A stretch of 64,000 nt of DNA from Candidatus Latescibacterota bacterium (GCA_965243025.1 CBDETY010000003.1:6240001-6304000), one strand, 5' to 3'; numbered from the stretch's first letter, positions 1 through 16,077 are shown. Translations and numbers: made by a program. Notes: a model not told the origin generated them from the sequence alone.

Positions 1-743
1 AGGGCCTGATCGACCACTCCCATCCGCTGGAGGAAGGAGTGCTGAAGCCGGGTATCGAGACGAGCTTCTCCCCGGATCTCGCCAGGGACAATCCCGAGCT
101 GGACGCCGTCGTGTACAGCGGGCGGATGATCGAGTTCTACGAACTCTTTCTCGGCGGCCCGGTGCGTCATTTCGACTATACCTGGTTCCGCGCCAAGAGT
201 CCGAACGGCGCCAACGCCACCCAGCCACACTGCGACATCGTGTTCATGGGGCGCGGCACCCGGAACCTCTACACCTCCTGGACTCCGCTGCAGGACATCC
301 CGCACGGCATGGGGGGCCTGATGATTCTCGAGGGCTCGCACCTGCAGAAGGAGATCCTCGACGACTACGCCCGCACGGACGTCGATGCCTACTGCGATGA
401 AGGGGAGGCGGCCGCCATCGTCGCCCGGGCGCGCGCCGAGAACCGCCAGCTTACCGCCGAGGAGCGGGGGGGAATCCGCTGGGATTCCCGGGGCCATTTC
501 GCCGACGCCCTGGGGCTGCGGCAACAGCTTGGCGGCCGCTGGCTGACCGCGGAATTCGGCATGGGGGACCTTCTCGTCTTCAGCATGTTCACGATGCACG
601 CCAGCACCGACAACCACACCCGCCGCATCCGCCTTTCCTCCGACACCCGCTACCAGCTCGCCAGCGAGCCGGTGGACGAGCGCTGGATCGGCGACGATCC
701 GCCTGCCCACGGGATCCATTCCAAGCGCGGCCTGATCTGCTGA
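1..743 (+). CDS. Phytanoyl-CoA dioxygenase (PhyH)-family Fe(II)/2-oxoglutarate oxygenase, 5'-truncated by the window edge
   Basis: Frame is open from position 3. HxD motif (TQPHCDIVFMGRGT), SWTPL...GGLMILEGSH, and distal His/Arg (GDLLVFSMFTMHAS...RLSSDTRY). Confidence 0.85.
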   Translation, partial: GLIDHSHPLEEGVLKPGIETSFSPDLARDNPELDAVVYSGRMIEFYELFLGGPVRHFDYTWFRAKSPNGANATQPHCDIVFMGRGTRNLYTSWTPLQDIPHGMGGLMILEGSHLQKEILDDYARTDVDAYCDEGEAAAIVARARAENRQLTAEERGGIRWDSRGHFADALGLRQQLGGRWLTAEFGMGDLLVFSMFTMHASTDNHTRRIRLSSDTRYQLASEPVDERWIGDDPPAHGIHSKRGLIC

Positions 744-770
744 GGAGCGGTTTCGCGGGGCTGCCGGCGG

Positions 771-795
771 CGACCACCGCCGACCACCGCCGACC
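771..795. repeat. Short tandem repeat, 2.5 copies of CGACCACCGC, between convergent genes
   Basis: cgaccaccgc cgaccaccgc cgacc read directly from the sequence. Confidence 0.6.
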
Positions 796-914
796 CTGGC
801 GGGCTCAGCAATCGCCGGCGAGAGGGGCGCGGCACCTGCCCGGGACCACCATCCTTCCCGGGTCGGGAGGGGATGCCCCCGGTTTCAAACTCCACCCGGA
901 GTCGGGTGGCTGGT

Positions 915-1502
915 TCAGTTGAGGGAAGGGTCTTCGGGGATGAACGACATCGGCGCGTACTTGCCGCCCAGGGCGTGCAGGGCCTGTTGCCAGACGCTCT
1001 CCGGCTCTTCGGAAAAGACCAGGTCGATGTTCGCGTCGCTGAGAATCCAGGCGCCCATGGCGATCTCGTTCTCGAGCTGGCCCGGCGCCCAGTCGGCGTA
1101 CCCGAGGTAGAACCGCAGCAGGGGGCTGTCGCTGTCGAGCTCCGGCATGCAGCCGCGCAGGATATCGAGATCCCCCCCTGCGTAGAGGCCGTCGCAGATG
1201 TGGGTTGCGCCGTCTCCGGCCCTGCGCAGGCGGTGCAGGAAGATGAGGGAGTGCGGCTCCTCAGGCCCCCCCTGGTAGAACATCCCGTCCGGTTTGCCGC
1301 CCGATTCGAGTCCGTTGGCGAGGGTTCGCAGCTCCTCTGCGGGGTACATCCGGACCCGCTCTCCGAGCGGACGGTTGACGATGACGCCGAGGGTCTGGTC
1401 GGGCCGGTGCTGGAGGATCAGCACTACCGCGCGGCTGAACCTCGGGTCCTCCAGTCCGAGTGAAGCGATGAGAAAGGTTCCTGCTTTCAGGGGTGCGGGC
1501 AT
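915..1502 (-). CDS. YqgE/AlgH (DUF179) family protein
   Basis: GTFLIAS..LEDPRFSRAVVLI..H...TLGVIVNRP, YQGGP, RFYLGYADWAPGQLENEI..GAW. Start moved to ATG 1502. Confidence 0.92.
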   Translation of the reverse strand: MPAPLKAGTFLIASLGLEDPRFSRAVVLILQHRPDQTLGVIVNRPLGERVRMYPAEELRTLANGLESGGKPDGMFYQGGPEEPHSLIFLHRLRRAGDGATHICDGLYAGGDLDILRGCMPELDSDSPLLRFYLGYADWAPGQLENEIAMGAWILSDANIDLVFSEEPESVWQQALHALGGKYAPMSFIPEDPSLN

Positions 1503-1640
1503 GGGGATCAGCGTCGGTGAGGAGTGCCCAAATGATAGGGAGCCGAGGCGGCGGTGCAAACGGCCCGGCCGGTTATCCCGCGCGCCGAAACTCCGGTTGC
1601 GAAACGGGGGCGGCGGGTTCACGCGGAGCCTGGGAAGGAC

Positions 1641-2792
1641 TCAGTAGCGCAGGAACTCCTCTCTCACCTGCGCGAAGGGCCGCCGCTCCCGCTCCCAGGC
1701 TGCGAGCAGATCGGCGACAGGGGTTCCGGCGTCGAGCTCGAGGCGCACCCTGTCGCTGCCTGCGAGCTTGTCGAAGTTGTGGATGCCCCGGGCGGGGAGG
1801 TGCCAGTCGAAGCGGTCGCGGAACATTCTTTTCGCCGTGGCCAGCAGGTGGAAGGCGGCCGTCACCGGGCGCAGGCAGGGGGAGAGGGCGTGCAGCTGCA
1901 CGCCCCCGCAACGCTCTCCGGCGTGCTTGCCGAACGACGGCGTGAAGAACACCGGCCGCCATCGCGCCCCCGGAATCGCCAGCTCGTTCATCGCATCCGC
2001 CAGGGAGAAGCCGTCGACGAACGGCGCCCCGATGAGCTCGAACGGCCGCGTGGTTCCCCGTCCTTCCGAGAGGTTGGTCCCCTCGAAAAAGCAGGTGCCC
2101 GGGTACAGGGACGCGGTCTGCGGAGTCGGCATGTTCGGGGAGGGGGCAACCCACGGCAGCCCGGTATCCTCCCAGGACATCGACCGCTTCCATCCGCTCA
2201 GCTCCACGACCTGCAGCTCGGCGCCGATGCCGTGGACCTCGTTGAAGAGGGTGGCGATCTCCCCGATCGTCAGCCCGTAGCGGACCGGGACGGGGTAGCG
2301 GCCGACGAAGGAGGAGAACGCGGGATCGAGCAGGTTCCCCTCGAGCACCTCGCCGCCGACCGGATTGGGGCGGTCGAGGAGGAGGAACGGCACCCCTCGC
2401 CCGGCGCAGGCTTTCATGGCCGCGCTCATGGTGTACAGGTAGGTGTAGAAGCGCGCACCGACGTCCTGCATGTCGAACAGCAGCACATCGATGCCGTCGA
2501 GCATGGAGTCCCGCAAGGCGCGGGTGGGGCCGTAGAGGCTGATGGCAGGCACACCGGTGCGGCGGTCGACGTCGTCCGCAACGGCGACCCCGTCCTCGGC
2601 GTCGCCGCGGATCCCGTGCTCGGGACCGAACAGGGCCGCCAGCTCTGCGGCCGGCTCGGCGTGCAGGCGGTCCGCGGTCGAGCGCAGCAGGGAGTCGACC
2701 CCGGTGGGGTTGGTGATCAGGCCGACTCGCCGCCCGGCGATCAGCCCGAGGGAGTCGTCGAAAAGACGCTCGTTTCCGAGCCTCACCGCCAT
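1641..2792 (-). CDS. namZ: Exo-beta-N-acetylmuramidase NamZ (DUF1343/YbbC family)
   Basis: VGLITNPTG, LFGPEHGIRG, SLYG, FDMQDVGARFYTY, LDRPNP, WVAPSPNMPT, SEGRGTTRPFE. Confidence 0.92.
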   Translation of the reverse strand: MAVRLGNERLFDDSLGLIAGRRVGLITNPTGVDSLLRSTADRLHAEPAAELAALFGPEHGIRGDAEDGVAVADDVDRRTGVPAISLYGPTRALRDSMLDGIDVLLFDMQDVGARFYTYLYTMSAAMKACAGRGVPFLLLDRPNPVGGEVLEGNLLDPAFSSFVGRYPVPVRYGLTIGEIATLFNEVHGIGAELQVVELSGWKRSMSWEDTGLPWVAPSPNMPTPQTASLYPGTCFFEGTNLSEGRGTTRPFELIGAPFVDGFSLADAMNELAIPGARWRPVFFTPSFGKHAGERCGGVQLHALSPCLRPVTAAFHLLATAKRMFRDRFDWHLPARGIHNFDKLAGSDRVRLELDAGTPVADLLAAWERERRPFAQVREEFLRY

Positions 2793-2796
2793 CGCT

Positions 2797-3753
2797 TCAA
2801 CTGTCCCGGGCGTCGGCCCGCTGCACCCGGCGGACGACAAAGGCGATCCCCCCCAGAAGGCTGGCGACGACACCGGCCGCGTACCCGAGAAGGGACATCG
2901 CGAACGCCCGGCTTTCCGGAGCGCCGACGGAGCCGAACAGCTCGACGAAGATGTTCTCCCGCACCCCCAGGCCCCCGATGGAGATGGGCAGGGCTGCGAT
3001 GACCGCGGCGACAGGCTGGAAGGCGACGAAGTAGATCAACCCGGCGTGCAGCCCGGCCGCCAGCCCAGCCGACCAGTACACGAGAACGCGCGCGAACTGG
3101 ACGCCGAGGGAAACGGCCCAGACTCCGAGAAGAAGCCGGCCCTTGTTGCGGTAAACCGCCATGCTCCGCCGCAGGCTGGCCGCCTTGCGGCCGGCGCGTT
3201 CGGGAAGGATGCGGGTTGCCAGGCCCTCGAGCAGACGCCCGGCGCGCCCGCTCAGTCCCATCGCCATCAGCAGGAGAAGGACGGCCCAGACCGGCACGAG
3301 AACCGAAATCACGCCGGGGACCCGGACCTCGGCGACGGCGAAACAGGCGATCAACGCCAGCGTGCAGGTGGAGAGCAGGCCGACGAAGCGGTCCATGAAG
3401 GTCGCCGCCGCGGCGCCGCTGGTGCGCCCGGTGAGCCGGCGTACGTCGTAGATGCGCAGCGCGTCTCCGCCGATGTTGCCGAGCAGGACGTTGTTGAAGA
3501 ACACCCCGGTCAGGTAGAAGACCGTCGCCTGGCGGAAACCTATGGGCAGCCGGTGGGCGCGCAGCAGCAGGTACCACTGGCAGGCTCCCAGCCCGTTGCT
3601 GACCACGAAGAAGGCGACGGCAAGCAGGAACAGCGACGGCACCGTCGCGGCGAAGGCGGCCCCCAGCCCCTCGAGATCGGTCTGGAGGGCGAGGTAGTAG
3701 AGCAGGCCGGCGCTGACCGCCAGCTTGAGAAGGGTGTTGAGCGCCGTCTTCAA
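2797..3753 (-). CDS. Lysylphosphatidylglycerol synthase TM / flippase-like membrane protein (UPF0104)
   Basis: TTG start overlaps the upstream stop (TTGA). Multi-TM protein with FFNNVLLGNIGGDALR, DRFVGL and LPISIGGLGVRE motifs. Confidence 0.88.
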   Translation of the reverse strand: MKTALNTLLKLAVSAGLLYYLALQTDLEGLGAAFAATVPSLFLLAVAFFVVSNGLGACQWYLLLRAHRLPIGFRQATVFYLTGVFFNNVLLGNIGGDALRIYDVRRLTGRTSGAAAATFMDRFVGLLSTCTLALIACFAVAEVRVPGVISVLVPVWAVLLLLMAMGLSGRAGRLLEGLATRILPERAGRKAASLRRSMAVYRNKGRLLLGVWAVSLGVQFARVLVYWSAGLAAGLHAGLIYFVAFQPVAAVIAALPISIGGLGVRENIFVELFGSVGAPESRAFAMSLLGYAAGVVASLLGGIAFVVRRVQRADARDS

Positions 3754-4790
3754 GAGCCGGGTTCCGCCATGAAGTCGCGGCTCCGGCGCCGGCCGCGCAG
3801 GAAGTACTGCACGAGAATGCTGCCGCCGTACACCCCCCTGCGGTCGGCGTCGGTCCCGGCGGTCGCCAGCCCGCGGCTGCGGCGGCGGCGCTCGAGCAGG
3901 TTGAGGGGATGGGTGAAGCACCAGAGCAGCGCCGCCAGCGGGGCCGCGGCGGCGCGCAGGCGGCCGCGCAGGAGGTAGTTGAGGGCCGCCGCCAGCTCGA
4001 GCAGTACGCGCGCCGGCAGCAGCCAGGTCAGGGAGCGGCAGGGGAGGTTCTTGAACAGCATGACGAGGTTGTTGCGGTGGTTGAGGTAGCTCTTTCGGAA
4101 GCTCGCCGGCGGCAGCGACCACCCGGCGTGGTGGTGGATCACCGAGGAGGGCACGGCGACGAGCCGGTAACCGGCGAGCCGCAGCCGCCAGCACAGGTCG
4201 ATCTCCTCGAAGTGCATGAAGAAATCGAGGTCGAGCAGCCCGACCCGGCGCACCGCTTCGGTGCGCACCAGCATCGCCGACCCGCAGGTCCAGAAAAGGT
4301 TCGCGGGCAGATCGTACTGCCCGTCGTCGGTTTCGACTTCGTCGAGCAGCCGTCCCCGGCAGAAGGTGTACCCCAGGCGGTCGATGTAGCCGCCGGCGCC
4401 GCCGCTGTAATCGAACGAGCCCGCATCCGCGGCGGACAGCAGCTTGGGCTGGCATGCGGCGATCGCTTCGTCGGCCTCCGCGGCCGCGATCAGCGGCTCG
4501 AGCCAGTTGGCCGTCACCTTCGTGTCGTCGTTGAGCAGCACCGAGTACTCGGTCCCGGCCGCTTCGAGGCCGCGGTTGCAGGAGTAGCTGAAACCGCGGT
4601 TGCCCTCGTTGCTGATCACCTCGATACCCGGAAAGCGAGCCCGCGCCTCCTGCAGACTTGGAGCGCCGCCCCCGTCGTCGACAACGATCACCCTGAGGGG
4701 CCGGGCGCTGTGGGCGAACAGGGACTGCAGGCAGTCGGCGAGCACCTCGGCCCGGTAGTGGGGGATTACGATGGTGACCGGTTCGCGCAC
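3750..4790 (-). CDS. Glycosyltransferase family 2
   Basis: VTIVIPHY, IVVDDG, NRGFSYSCNRG, LLNDD, FFMHFEEIDLCWRL. Confidence 0.93.
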   Translation of the reverse strand: MREPVTIVIPHYRAEVLADCLQSLFAHSARPLRVIVVDDGGGAPSLQEARARFPGIEVISNEGNRGFSYSCNRGLEAAGTEYSVLLNDDTKVTANWLEPLIAAAEADEAIAACQPKLLSAADAGSFDYSGGAGGYIDRLGYTFCRGRLLDEVETDDGQYDLPANLFWTCGSAMLVRTEAVRRVGLLDLDFFMHFEEIDLCWRLRLAGYRLVAVPSSVIHHHAGWSLPPASFRKSYLNHRNNLVMLFKNLPCRSLTWLLPARVLLELAAALNYLLRGRLRAAAAPLAALLWCFTHPLNLLERRRRSRGLATAGTDADRRGVYGGSILVQYFLRGRRRSRDFMAEPGS

Positions 4791-4810
4791 ACCCGGGCCT
4801 GCCGCGCCGG

Positions 4811-7558
4811 TTAGTCGTCGCCGGCGTCGCCGGAGGAGATCTTCAGGGCGTTGTGCAGGGTTTCGAGATCCCGGTCCGAGGCGTCGGTGGCGCCGTATTC
4901 ATCCCGGTACTCGCCGATCAGCCGGATCGCGTCCTCGACGCGGCCCCCGGCCTGCATCGTCGCCGCCAGCTCGCGCCAAGCCTCGTAGCGCTCCGGTTCC
5001 AGGGAGATGGCGACCCGGTAGGCGCGCTCGGCCCGCTCGAGGTCCCGGTAGGTATCCAGCAGGATGCCGGCCAGCGCCAGGGCGTTCTCGTAGGTCGCCG
5101 TCGGATGCTCCCCCACGCTTTCGGAGAGGTGATCCACCGCTTCTTCCAGGTACCTGGCCGCGATAGCCATGCCGCCGATCTCGCGCTGGAGCTCGCTGGC
5201 GGTGTAGTAGGACTCCCAGTTGAGCGGGATGTTCTCGAGAGCCCATTCGGTCAGCTCGGTCAGCTCGTCGTACCGCTGCTGTTCCTGGTACAGGGAAGCC
5301 AGGGTTATGTAGCAGGCGCGGTAGTTCCCCAGCAGCCTGGTGGTGTTGAGGTCCTTGTAGATGCTGCGGTCGCCGACCCCGCGGAAGCGGTAGACCTGCT
5401 TCAGGTTGCGGGCTAGGGCGTCGAGGTCGGTGTCGCGCCCTTTTTCGGGAACGAGCTTGAGGGTCATCCCCACCATGCTCAGGTACGGGTCCAGTCCCAA
5501 CCGGTTGCTCTGGGCGACGGTGATGGCGAAGTAGATGGGCCGCTTCCACTCGTTCCACCTGATGATCCCGATCGTCATGATGTCCTGAACCCGCAGAACG
5601 TCGTTCTGGGGCAGGGTGGATACCTTGGCGTCGAGGCCGAGGTCGGAGAATTCGCGCGGGGTCTTCGGTTCGGGCCACACCCGCTTGTACATGTCGACCA
5701 GCTGGGTGTCGGTGAGAACCGAGTCGATGTAGGTGTCGTCGATGCGGATGTCGACCCTGGGCTCGCGGTCGCGCAGCTGCTTGATGTACCACCCGGTGTT
5801 GAGGAGGCTCAGGTTGACGACGCGGATGTCCCGGCGGATCCCCTCGACCTCCTGGAGGAACCACAGCGGGAAGGTGTCGTTGTCGCCGTTGGTGAACAGG
5901 AGCGCGTCCTCCTCGCAGCTGTTGAGCAGGTTGTAGGCGTAGTCGTAGGCGATGTAGTCGCCGGTGCGGTCCTGGACGTGGTAGCTGCTGGCGCCGGTGC
6001 CGAGCGGAAGCAGCAGGCCGCAGCAGGCGAAACCGGCAAGAACCGGCCTGGCCACACGCCAGCGCTGCCGCGCGAGCTCGACGATGCCGGTCCAGCCGAG
6101 CCCCATCCAGATAGCGAACGCGAAGAACATGCCGCCGAAGACGTAGTGGCGTTCGCGCGGCTGCGGGTCCTGCATGTTGAGGTAGAAGGAGAGCCCGAAC
6201 CCCATGATCAGGAATATCGCCAGCAGCGCCGCGAAGCGGCGCCAGTCGCGCAGCCCGTGCCATACCAGCCCCCAGGCCCCGAGGGCGTACGGGATGAGCG
6301 ACACCGAGATGGTGTGGGCGGCGTTCTCGGTGGCCAGGCGGAAAACGAGGTCGCGGTTGAGCAGGGGAAGCGGGAACTGCTGGAAGAAGTACTTGAACTG
6401 CTGATGCCACAACTGGTAAGCGCGCGAAGCCCGCGGCTCGAGCATCATCAGGAGCATGCTGTCGGTCCCGTACTGCTCGCGGTTGAGGAATTTCTTGAAG
6501 GCGACCCAGGTCTCGGGGTCGTTCTCGTCGATCACCGGGTTGAGCCCGGAACGGATGTACAGGGTCGCGTAGGTCGAGTAGCCGATCGCGAACAGCACCG
6601 CGCTGCCGACGAGAAGCCCCAGGGCGCGGCGGTCGTGCTGATAGAGATGGCGGAGCAGGCCGATGGCGACGACGGCGAGGACGGCGTTGAAGAGCATCCC
6701 CTCGGAAATCAGGGCGCGCCCGGCGAAGGCCGCGGCGCCGGCCCCGAGGAGCCACAGCACCGTCGGGCGCAGCTCATCTTCGGTGATCCAGACGTACGAC
6801 AGGAAGGCGATCAGGCCGGCGGCGGCCAGCAATCCGAGCAAAGCCGCCGAACCCGGCCCGTCGGCGAGCACGGCGAGGATGAAGAACCCCTCCAGCCCGG
6901 CGCCCACCATGACCGCAATCAGGCGGCGCAGGCCGCGGTCGGCGAACCAGGCGAGGATCAGCAGGCCGGGAATGATCAGCAGGCAGAGCAGGTGCAGCCC
7001 GCCGCCGAGTCCGAACAGGTAGGCGACGAGAAACAGCCAGCGGTCGTTCATGGATCCGTGCCCGGTCCCTTCCCAGTACAGGACCAGCCAGAACCCCAGG
7101 GCGACGAACAGTATCGAGTAGCCGTAGACCTCGGCCTCGGTGGCGTTGAACCAGAAGGTGTAGGAGACCGCCAGGGTCAGCGAGGCCAGGGCGGACCCGA
7201 GGGTCACCGAGAGGTCGCGGTCGTCGCCGAATACCCGCAGCGGTTCCCCGCCCATGGCGCGGCGCGCTATCGCCGCGGTGCCGAGGTAGGTGCACCATAC
7301 GGCCAGGGCGGAGGAGAGGGCCGACATAAGCACCACGCGCCAGGCGACCTCCATGACCGGGATCATGGAGAACAGCCGTCCGAGCAGCACGTACAGCGGC
7401 GAGCCCGGCGGATGCGGAACGCTGAGGGTGTATGAGGTGGCGATGAACTCGCCGGTGTCCCAGAAGGAGACCGACGGCGCCATGGTCAGCAGGTACAGAC
7501 CGAAGGAAATCAGGAAAACAGCCACACCGGCACAGCGGTGCATCACTGCTGGATTCAT
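4811..7558 (-). CDS. DUF2723 / TMEM260-like GT-C membrane glycosyltransferase with C-terminal TPR-like region
   Basis: APSVSFWDTGEFIATSYTLSVPHPPGSPLY, FWFNATEAEVY, QPRERHY, LFTNGDNDTFPLWFLQEVEGIR. Many TM helices and a helical-repeat C-terminus. Confidence 0.9.
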   Translation of the reverse strand: MNPAVMHRCAGVAVFLISFGLYLLTMAPSVSFWDTGEFIATSYTLSVPHPPGSPLYVLLGRLFSMIPVMEVAWRVVLMSALSSALAVWCTYLGTAAIARRAMGGEPLRVFGDDRDLSVTLGSALASLTLAVSYTFWFNATEAEVYGYSILFVALGFWLVLYWEGTGHGSMNDRWLFLVAYLFGLGGGLHLLCLLIIPGLLILAWFADRGLRRLIAVMVGAGLEGFFILAVLADGPGSAALLGLLAAAGLIAFLSYVWITEDELRPTVLWLLGAGAAAFAGRALISEGMLFNAVLAVVAIGLLRHLYQHDRRALGLLVGSAVLFAIGYSTYATLYIRSGLNPVIDENDPETWVAFKKFLNREQYGTDSMLLMMLEPRASRAYQLWHQQFKYFFQQFPLPLLNRDLVFRLATENAAHTISVSLIPYALGAWGLVWHGLRDWRRFAALLAIFLIMGFGLSFYLNMQDPQPRERHYVFGGMFFAFAIWMGLGWTGIVELARQRWRVARPVLAGFACCGLLLPLGTGASSYHVQDRTGDYIAYDYAYNLLNSCEEDALLFTNGDNDTFPLWFLQEVEGIRRDIRVVNLSLLNTGWYIKQLRDREPRVDIRIDDTYIDSVLTDTQLVDMYKRVWPEPKTPREFSDLGLDAKVSTLPQNDVLRVQDIMTIGIIRWNEWKRPIYFAITVAQSNRLGLDPYLSMVGMTLKLVPEKGRDTDLDALARNLKQVYRFRGVGDRSIYKDLNTTRLLGNYRACYITLASLYQEQQRYDELTELTEWALENIPLNWESYYTASELQREIGGMAIAARYLEEAVDHLSESVGEHPTATYENALALAGILLDTYRDLERAERAYRVAISLEPERYEAWRELAATMQAGGRVEDAIRLIGEYRDEYGATDASDRDLETLHNALKISSGDAGDD

Positions 7559-7659
7559 GTGATCAGCTCGAAATAACCGGCAATGCCGAGAGGACGCGGG
7601 GGGATCGAACAGAACCTGAAGAAGAGACAGTAGAAGCTAACCACAGGCGGGGCGGGTCG

Positions 7660-8313
7660 CTATTCCGCCAGCAGCACCGTTCCCCAGGTGCCCGGGTCGT
7701 GGATGAGGGGAGGGTTGCGGCCGGCGGTCCAGGACTGGCCTCCGAGATCGCAGTCGTGCAGCACGTAGTTGAAACCGAGGCGGTCGAACTCGCGCGGTTC
7801 GAACCCGTTGAGCCCGGACGCAGGGAGGGCGATCTCCATGCGGTAGCTCCGCTTGAGCCGCTTCAGCCCCACCGCGATTTCCTCCTCCGGGCAGGGGGGG
7901 GCCTGCTCGCGCGCCCTGTCGATGGCGGTCTGGCGGCCGATCGGCTTGCGCCCGTCCGTGCCGCTGCCCCCGGGAAGGAAAAAGAAATGGTGGCAGAAGC
8001 GGTTGGCCGTGTGGGCGTCCTTGACGTCCCGGGTGTCGATCCAGAGCTCGAGGCAGTCCCCCTGCCAGTAGTTTTTGGGATCGATGGCAAACCCCTTCTT
8101 GCCTTCGACCCGGACCGCGAAGTAGAGGCCGTCGTCGTTCCAGGCCATCAGGAGATCGGCGAACGGCTTCTCCCCCTCGAGGCCGAGCAGGTCCGGAAGT
8201 CGGAAGCTGCTGTCCCAGTCCCCGAGGTCGCCGTCGACGCGCGGCGCTTCCCCGCGGTAACGGCAGGGGGCGGCGAAGCTGAAGAACGCCCGCTTCGGCA
8301 CGGCGAAATTCAA
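7660..8313 (-). CDS. CBM9-like (DOMON-type) sugar-binding domain protein
   Basis: PRVDGDLGDW, MAWNDDGLYFAVRV, WQGDCLELWID, YRMEIALP, LGFNY. TTG start. Confidence 0.75.
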   Translation of the reverse strand: MNFAVPKRAFFSFAAPCRYRGEAPRVDGDLGDWDSSFRLPDLLGLEGEKPFADLLMAWNDDGLYFAVRVEGKKGFAIDPKNYWQGDCLELWIDTRDVKDAHTANRFCHHFFFLPGGSGTDGRKPIGRQTAIDRAREQAPPCPEEEIAVGLKRLKRSYRMEIALPASGLNGFEPREFDRLGFNYVLHDCDLGGQSWTAGRNPPLIHDPGTWGTVLLAE

Positions 8314-8350
8314 GGAGCGGCACCTCCCCGGCGGAAGCCCTGGATTCCCT

Positions 8351-14032
<5,682 letters not shown>

Positions 14033-14345
14033 TGGCCGAGGGTCGCGGCCGGAGGGGGGAGCAGCGCGGTGCGCAGGGGCCGGCCTCGAAAAAAGGTGAA
14101 CCGCTGAAACTACGACACCAATGTGAGCGGGCAAGAAGGGAGGGCGGCCCCGATTCCCGGGGCGGACCGGGAGGGGAATCGGGACAGGACACCAGCCTCT
14201 TATACTGGCGCCCCGGGGCCGGAATTGCCCAACTTTCCCCGCCGGGAAGGCAGCTTCAGGATCGCAGTCGCGGTTGGACTGCCAACCGGGGAGGAGAAGG
14301 TTTCCGCCCACGTATAAAACCCGAAAACGGACAGGGAACCGAAAG

Positions 14346-15164
14346 ATGATCAAACTCGGAGCGAATACCGTCCTCTTCGCAGGCTTCGACCTGGCGACCG
14401 CCATGGAGCAGATCTCGCGGGCCGGGTACGACGGCGTAGAGCTGGCGGCCATCAGGGGGATGTGCGAGCACCTCGACCTCGACGACTACAAGGCGCAAGC
14501 CCCCGCGATACGGGAGCTGGCGCAGAGATACGGGCTCGAGCTGCTGGCGATGGAGGTCGCGTCACTGGAAGAGGAAAGGCTGACAAAGGCGTACGAGGCG
14601 GGACGCGAGCTCGGCATACCGGTGGTCAACGTAGGCCCGGGGGGCAGGAGCGGCGTCGAGGAGGATTTCGAGCGCCAGGTCGGACAGTTGCGGAAGATGG
14701 CGGACAAGGCCGCCGGGTACGGGGTCGTCCTCTGCGCCAAGGCGCACGTCGGCCAGTGCATTCACGACACCCCGACGACGCTGCGGGCGATGGAGCGGAT
14801 ATCGTCCCCCTCGTTCGGCGTCGACATGGACCCGAGCCACATTTTCCGGGCCGCTCCCGGGGAGAACCCGGTGGAAGCCCTGGAGGCGGTGATATCGAGG
14901 GTTGCCCACGTCCATATCCGCGACTGCGGCGAGGATCTCAAGGGGACGGGGGGCCCGCCGGGCCCTCCGGAGGAGCAGGCATGCGGCCGCGGCGGGATCG
15001 ACCTGTTCGGGTACGTCCGCGTCCTGCACGAGTCGGCGATCGACGTCGCCGTCAACCTCGAGGTGATCGGCGCCGGCGAGTACGACCTGGCGCACGCGTC
15101 GGCGATCGCCGCGGAGAGCCGCGGCTACCTGAACGCCTGTCTGAAAGCGTGCGGGGCGCGCTGA
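14346..15164 (+). CDS. Sugar phosphate isomerase/epimerase (xylose isomerase-like TIM barrel)
   Basis: AGYDGVEL, FGVDMDPSHIF, HVHIRD, CGRGGID, NLEVIG. Confidence 0.85.
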   Translation: MIKLGANTVLFAGFDLATAMEQISRAGYDGVELAAIRGMCEHLDLDDYKAQAPAIRELAQRYGLELLAMEVASLEEERLTKAYEAGRELGIPVVNVGPGGRSGVEEDFERQVGQLRKMADKAAGYGVVLCAKAHVGQCIHDTPTTLRAMERISSPSFGVDMDPSHIFRAAPGENPVEALEAVISRVAHVHIRDCGEDLKGTGGPPGPPEEQACGRGGIDLFGYVRVLHESAIDVAVNLEVIGAGEYDLAHASAIAAESRGYLNACLKACGAR

Positions 15165-15513
15165 GCCGGGGGCTGGAAGCGATCGGGACCTCCGCCGCGC
15201 ATGGCAGGTTTGCCTGCGGTTCCTTCCCGGCCGTTCTCAATCCCGCCGATGCGGCGACCCCATGTGTTCCGATCGAAGCTCCTTGCCGCCGGCTTCTCCT
15301 GTTTCCGGCATGCCCCACTGCAGGGCAAGAGTCGAATTCGGGTTTGGGGCTGCAGCACCGGGTGTGCCGGATCAACCGGTCCCTGACCGCCGGTTCCACC
15401 GTGTCGGGGGGCAATCAGCGGCTGTTTTCGCCCCGGAGCCGAATCCCCCCGGGTTGGGCACCCGGCGCCCCATGAACGTCGATCAAACGGTTTCTGACCC
15501 CTGGACCCCAACC

Positions 15514-16077
15514 ATGTCGGGCAGCATCCGCACCTTCGTCGCCATAGAGCTTCCTGCAGGTCTGCGCTCCGCCCTCGCCGGGGTTCCCGCAGCGGCGTCC
15601 CTCCCGGCAGCAGCCTCAGTCCGGTGGACGCCGCCGGAGAACCTGCACCTCACCCTGCGCTTTCTCGGCGATACCCCGGAAGAGCAGCTCCCCCCTCTCG
15701 CGGACGCCCTCGACGGGATCGCGGCCGGCGCCGCTTCCTTCGAGCTCGAGCTGGGAGCGGCCGGGGCCTTCCCCGAGGCACGAAACGCCCGTGTCCTCTG
15801 GGTCGGTCTCGTCGACGCGGACCGCAAGCTGCGAAGGCTGCGCAACCAGGTCGAAGCCGCGGTTCGCGCTCTCGGCTGGAAACGGGAAGGCAGGCGGTTC
15901 CAGCCGCACCTGACGCTGGCCCGCATGCGCCGGCCCACCCGCCTGCCCGCGGGCGGCTGGATCGAAGCGGTTCCCCGCTGCGGATTTGCGGTGAAGGAGG
16001 TCGTCCTGATTCGCAGCACCCTCAAACCGGCCGGGGCCGAGTACGACGTTCTGCACCGCGCCCCGCTGGCCGGATGA
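15514..16077 (+). CDS. thpR: RNA 2',3'-cyclic phosphodiesterase (2H phosphoesterase)
   Basis: RTFVAIE, two HLT motifs (NLHLTLRFLG, FQPHLTLAR), GAFP...ARVLWVG, STL.PAGAEY. Confidence 0.93.
   Translation: MSGSIRTFVAIELPAGLRSALAGVPAAASLPAAASVRWTPPENLHLTLRFLGDTPEEQLPPLADALDGIAAGAASFELELGAAGAFPEARNARVLWVGLVDADRKLRRLRNQVEAAVRALGWKREGRRFQPHLTLARMRRPTRLPAGGWIEAVPRCGFAVKEVVLIRSTLKPAGAEYDVLHRAPLAG

Noticed and set aside
14033-14345. LexA box or a copy of the 41130 operator upstream of uvrA
   Set aside because: Only loose GAAC/GAAA half-sites with wrong spacing were found, with no convincing match.
15165-15513. 350-bp gap before thpR as a possible ncRNA or riboswitch
   Set aside because: Only short GC-rich inverted repeats are present, with no recognisable family motif. 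An Rfam search would be needed.
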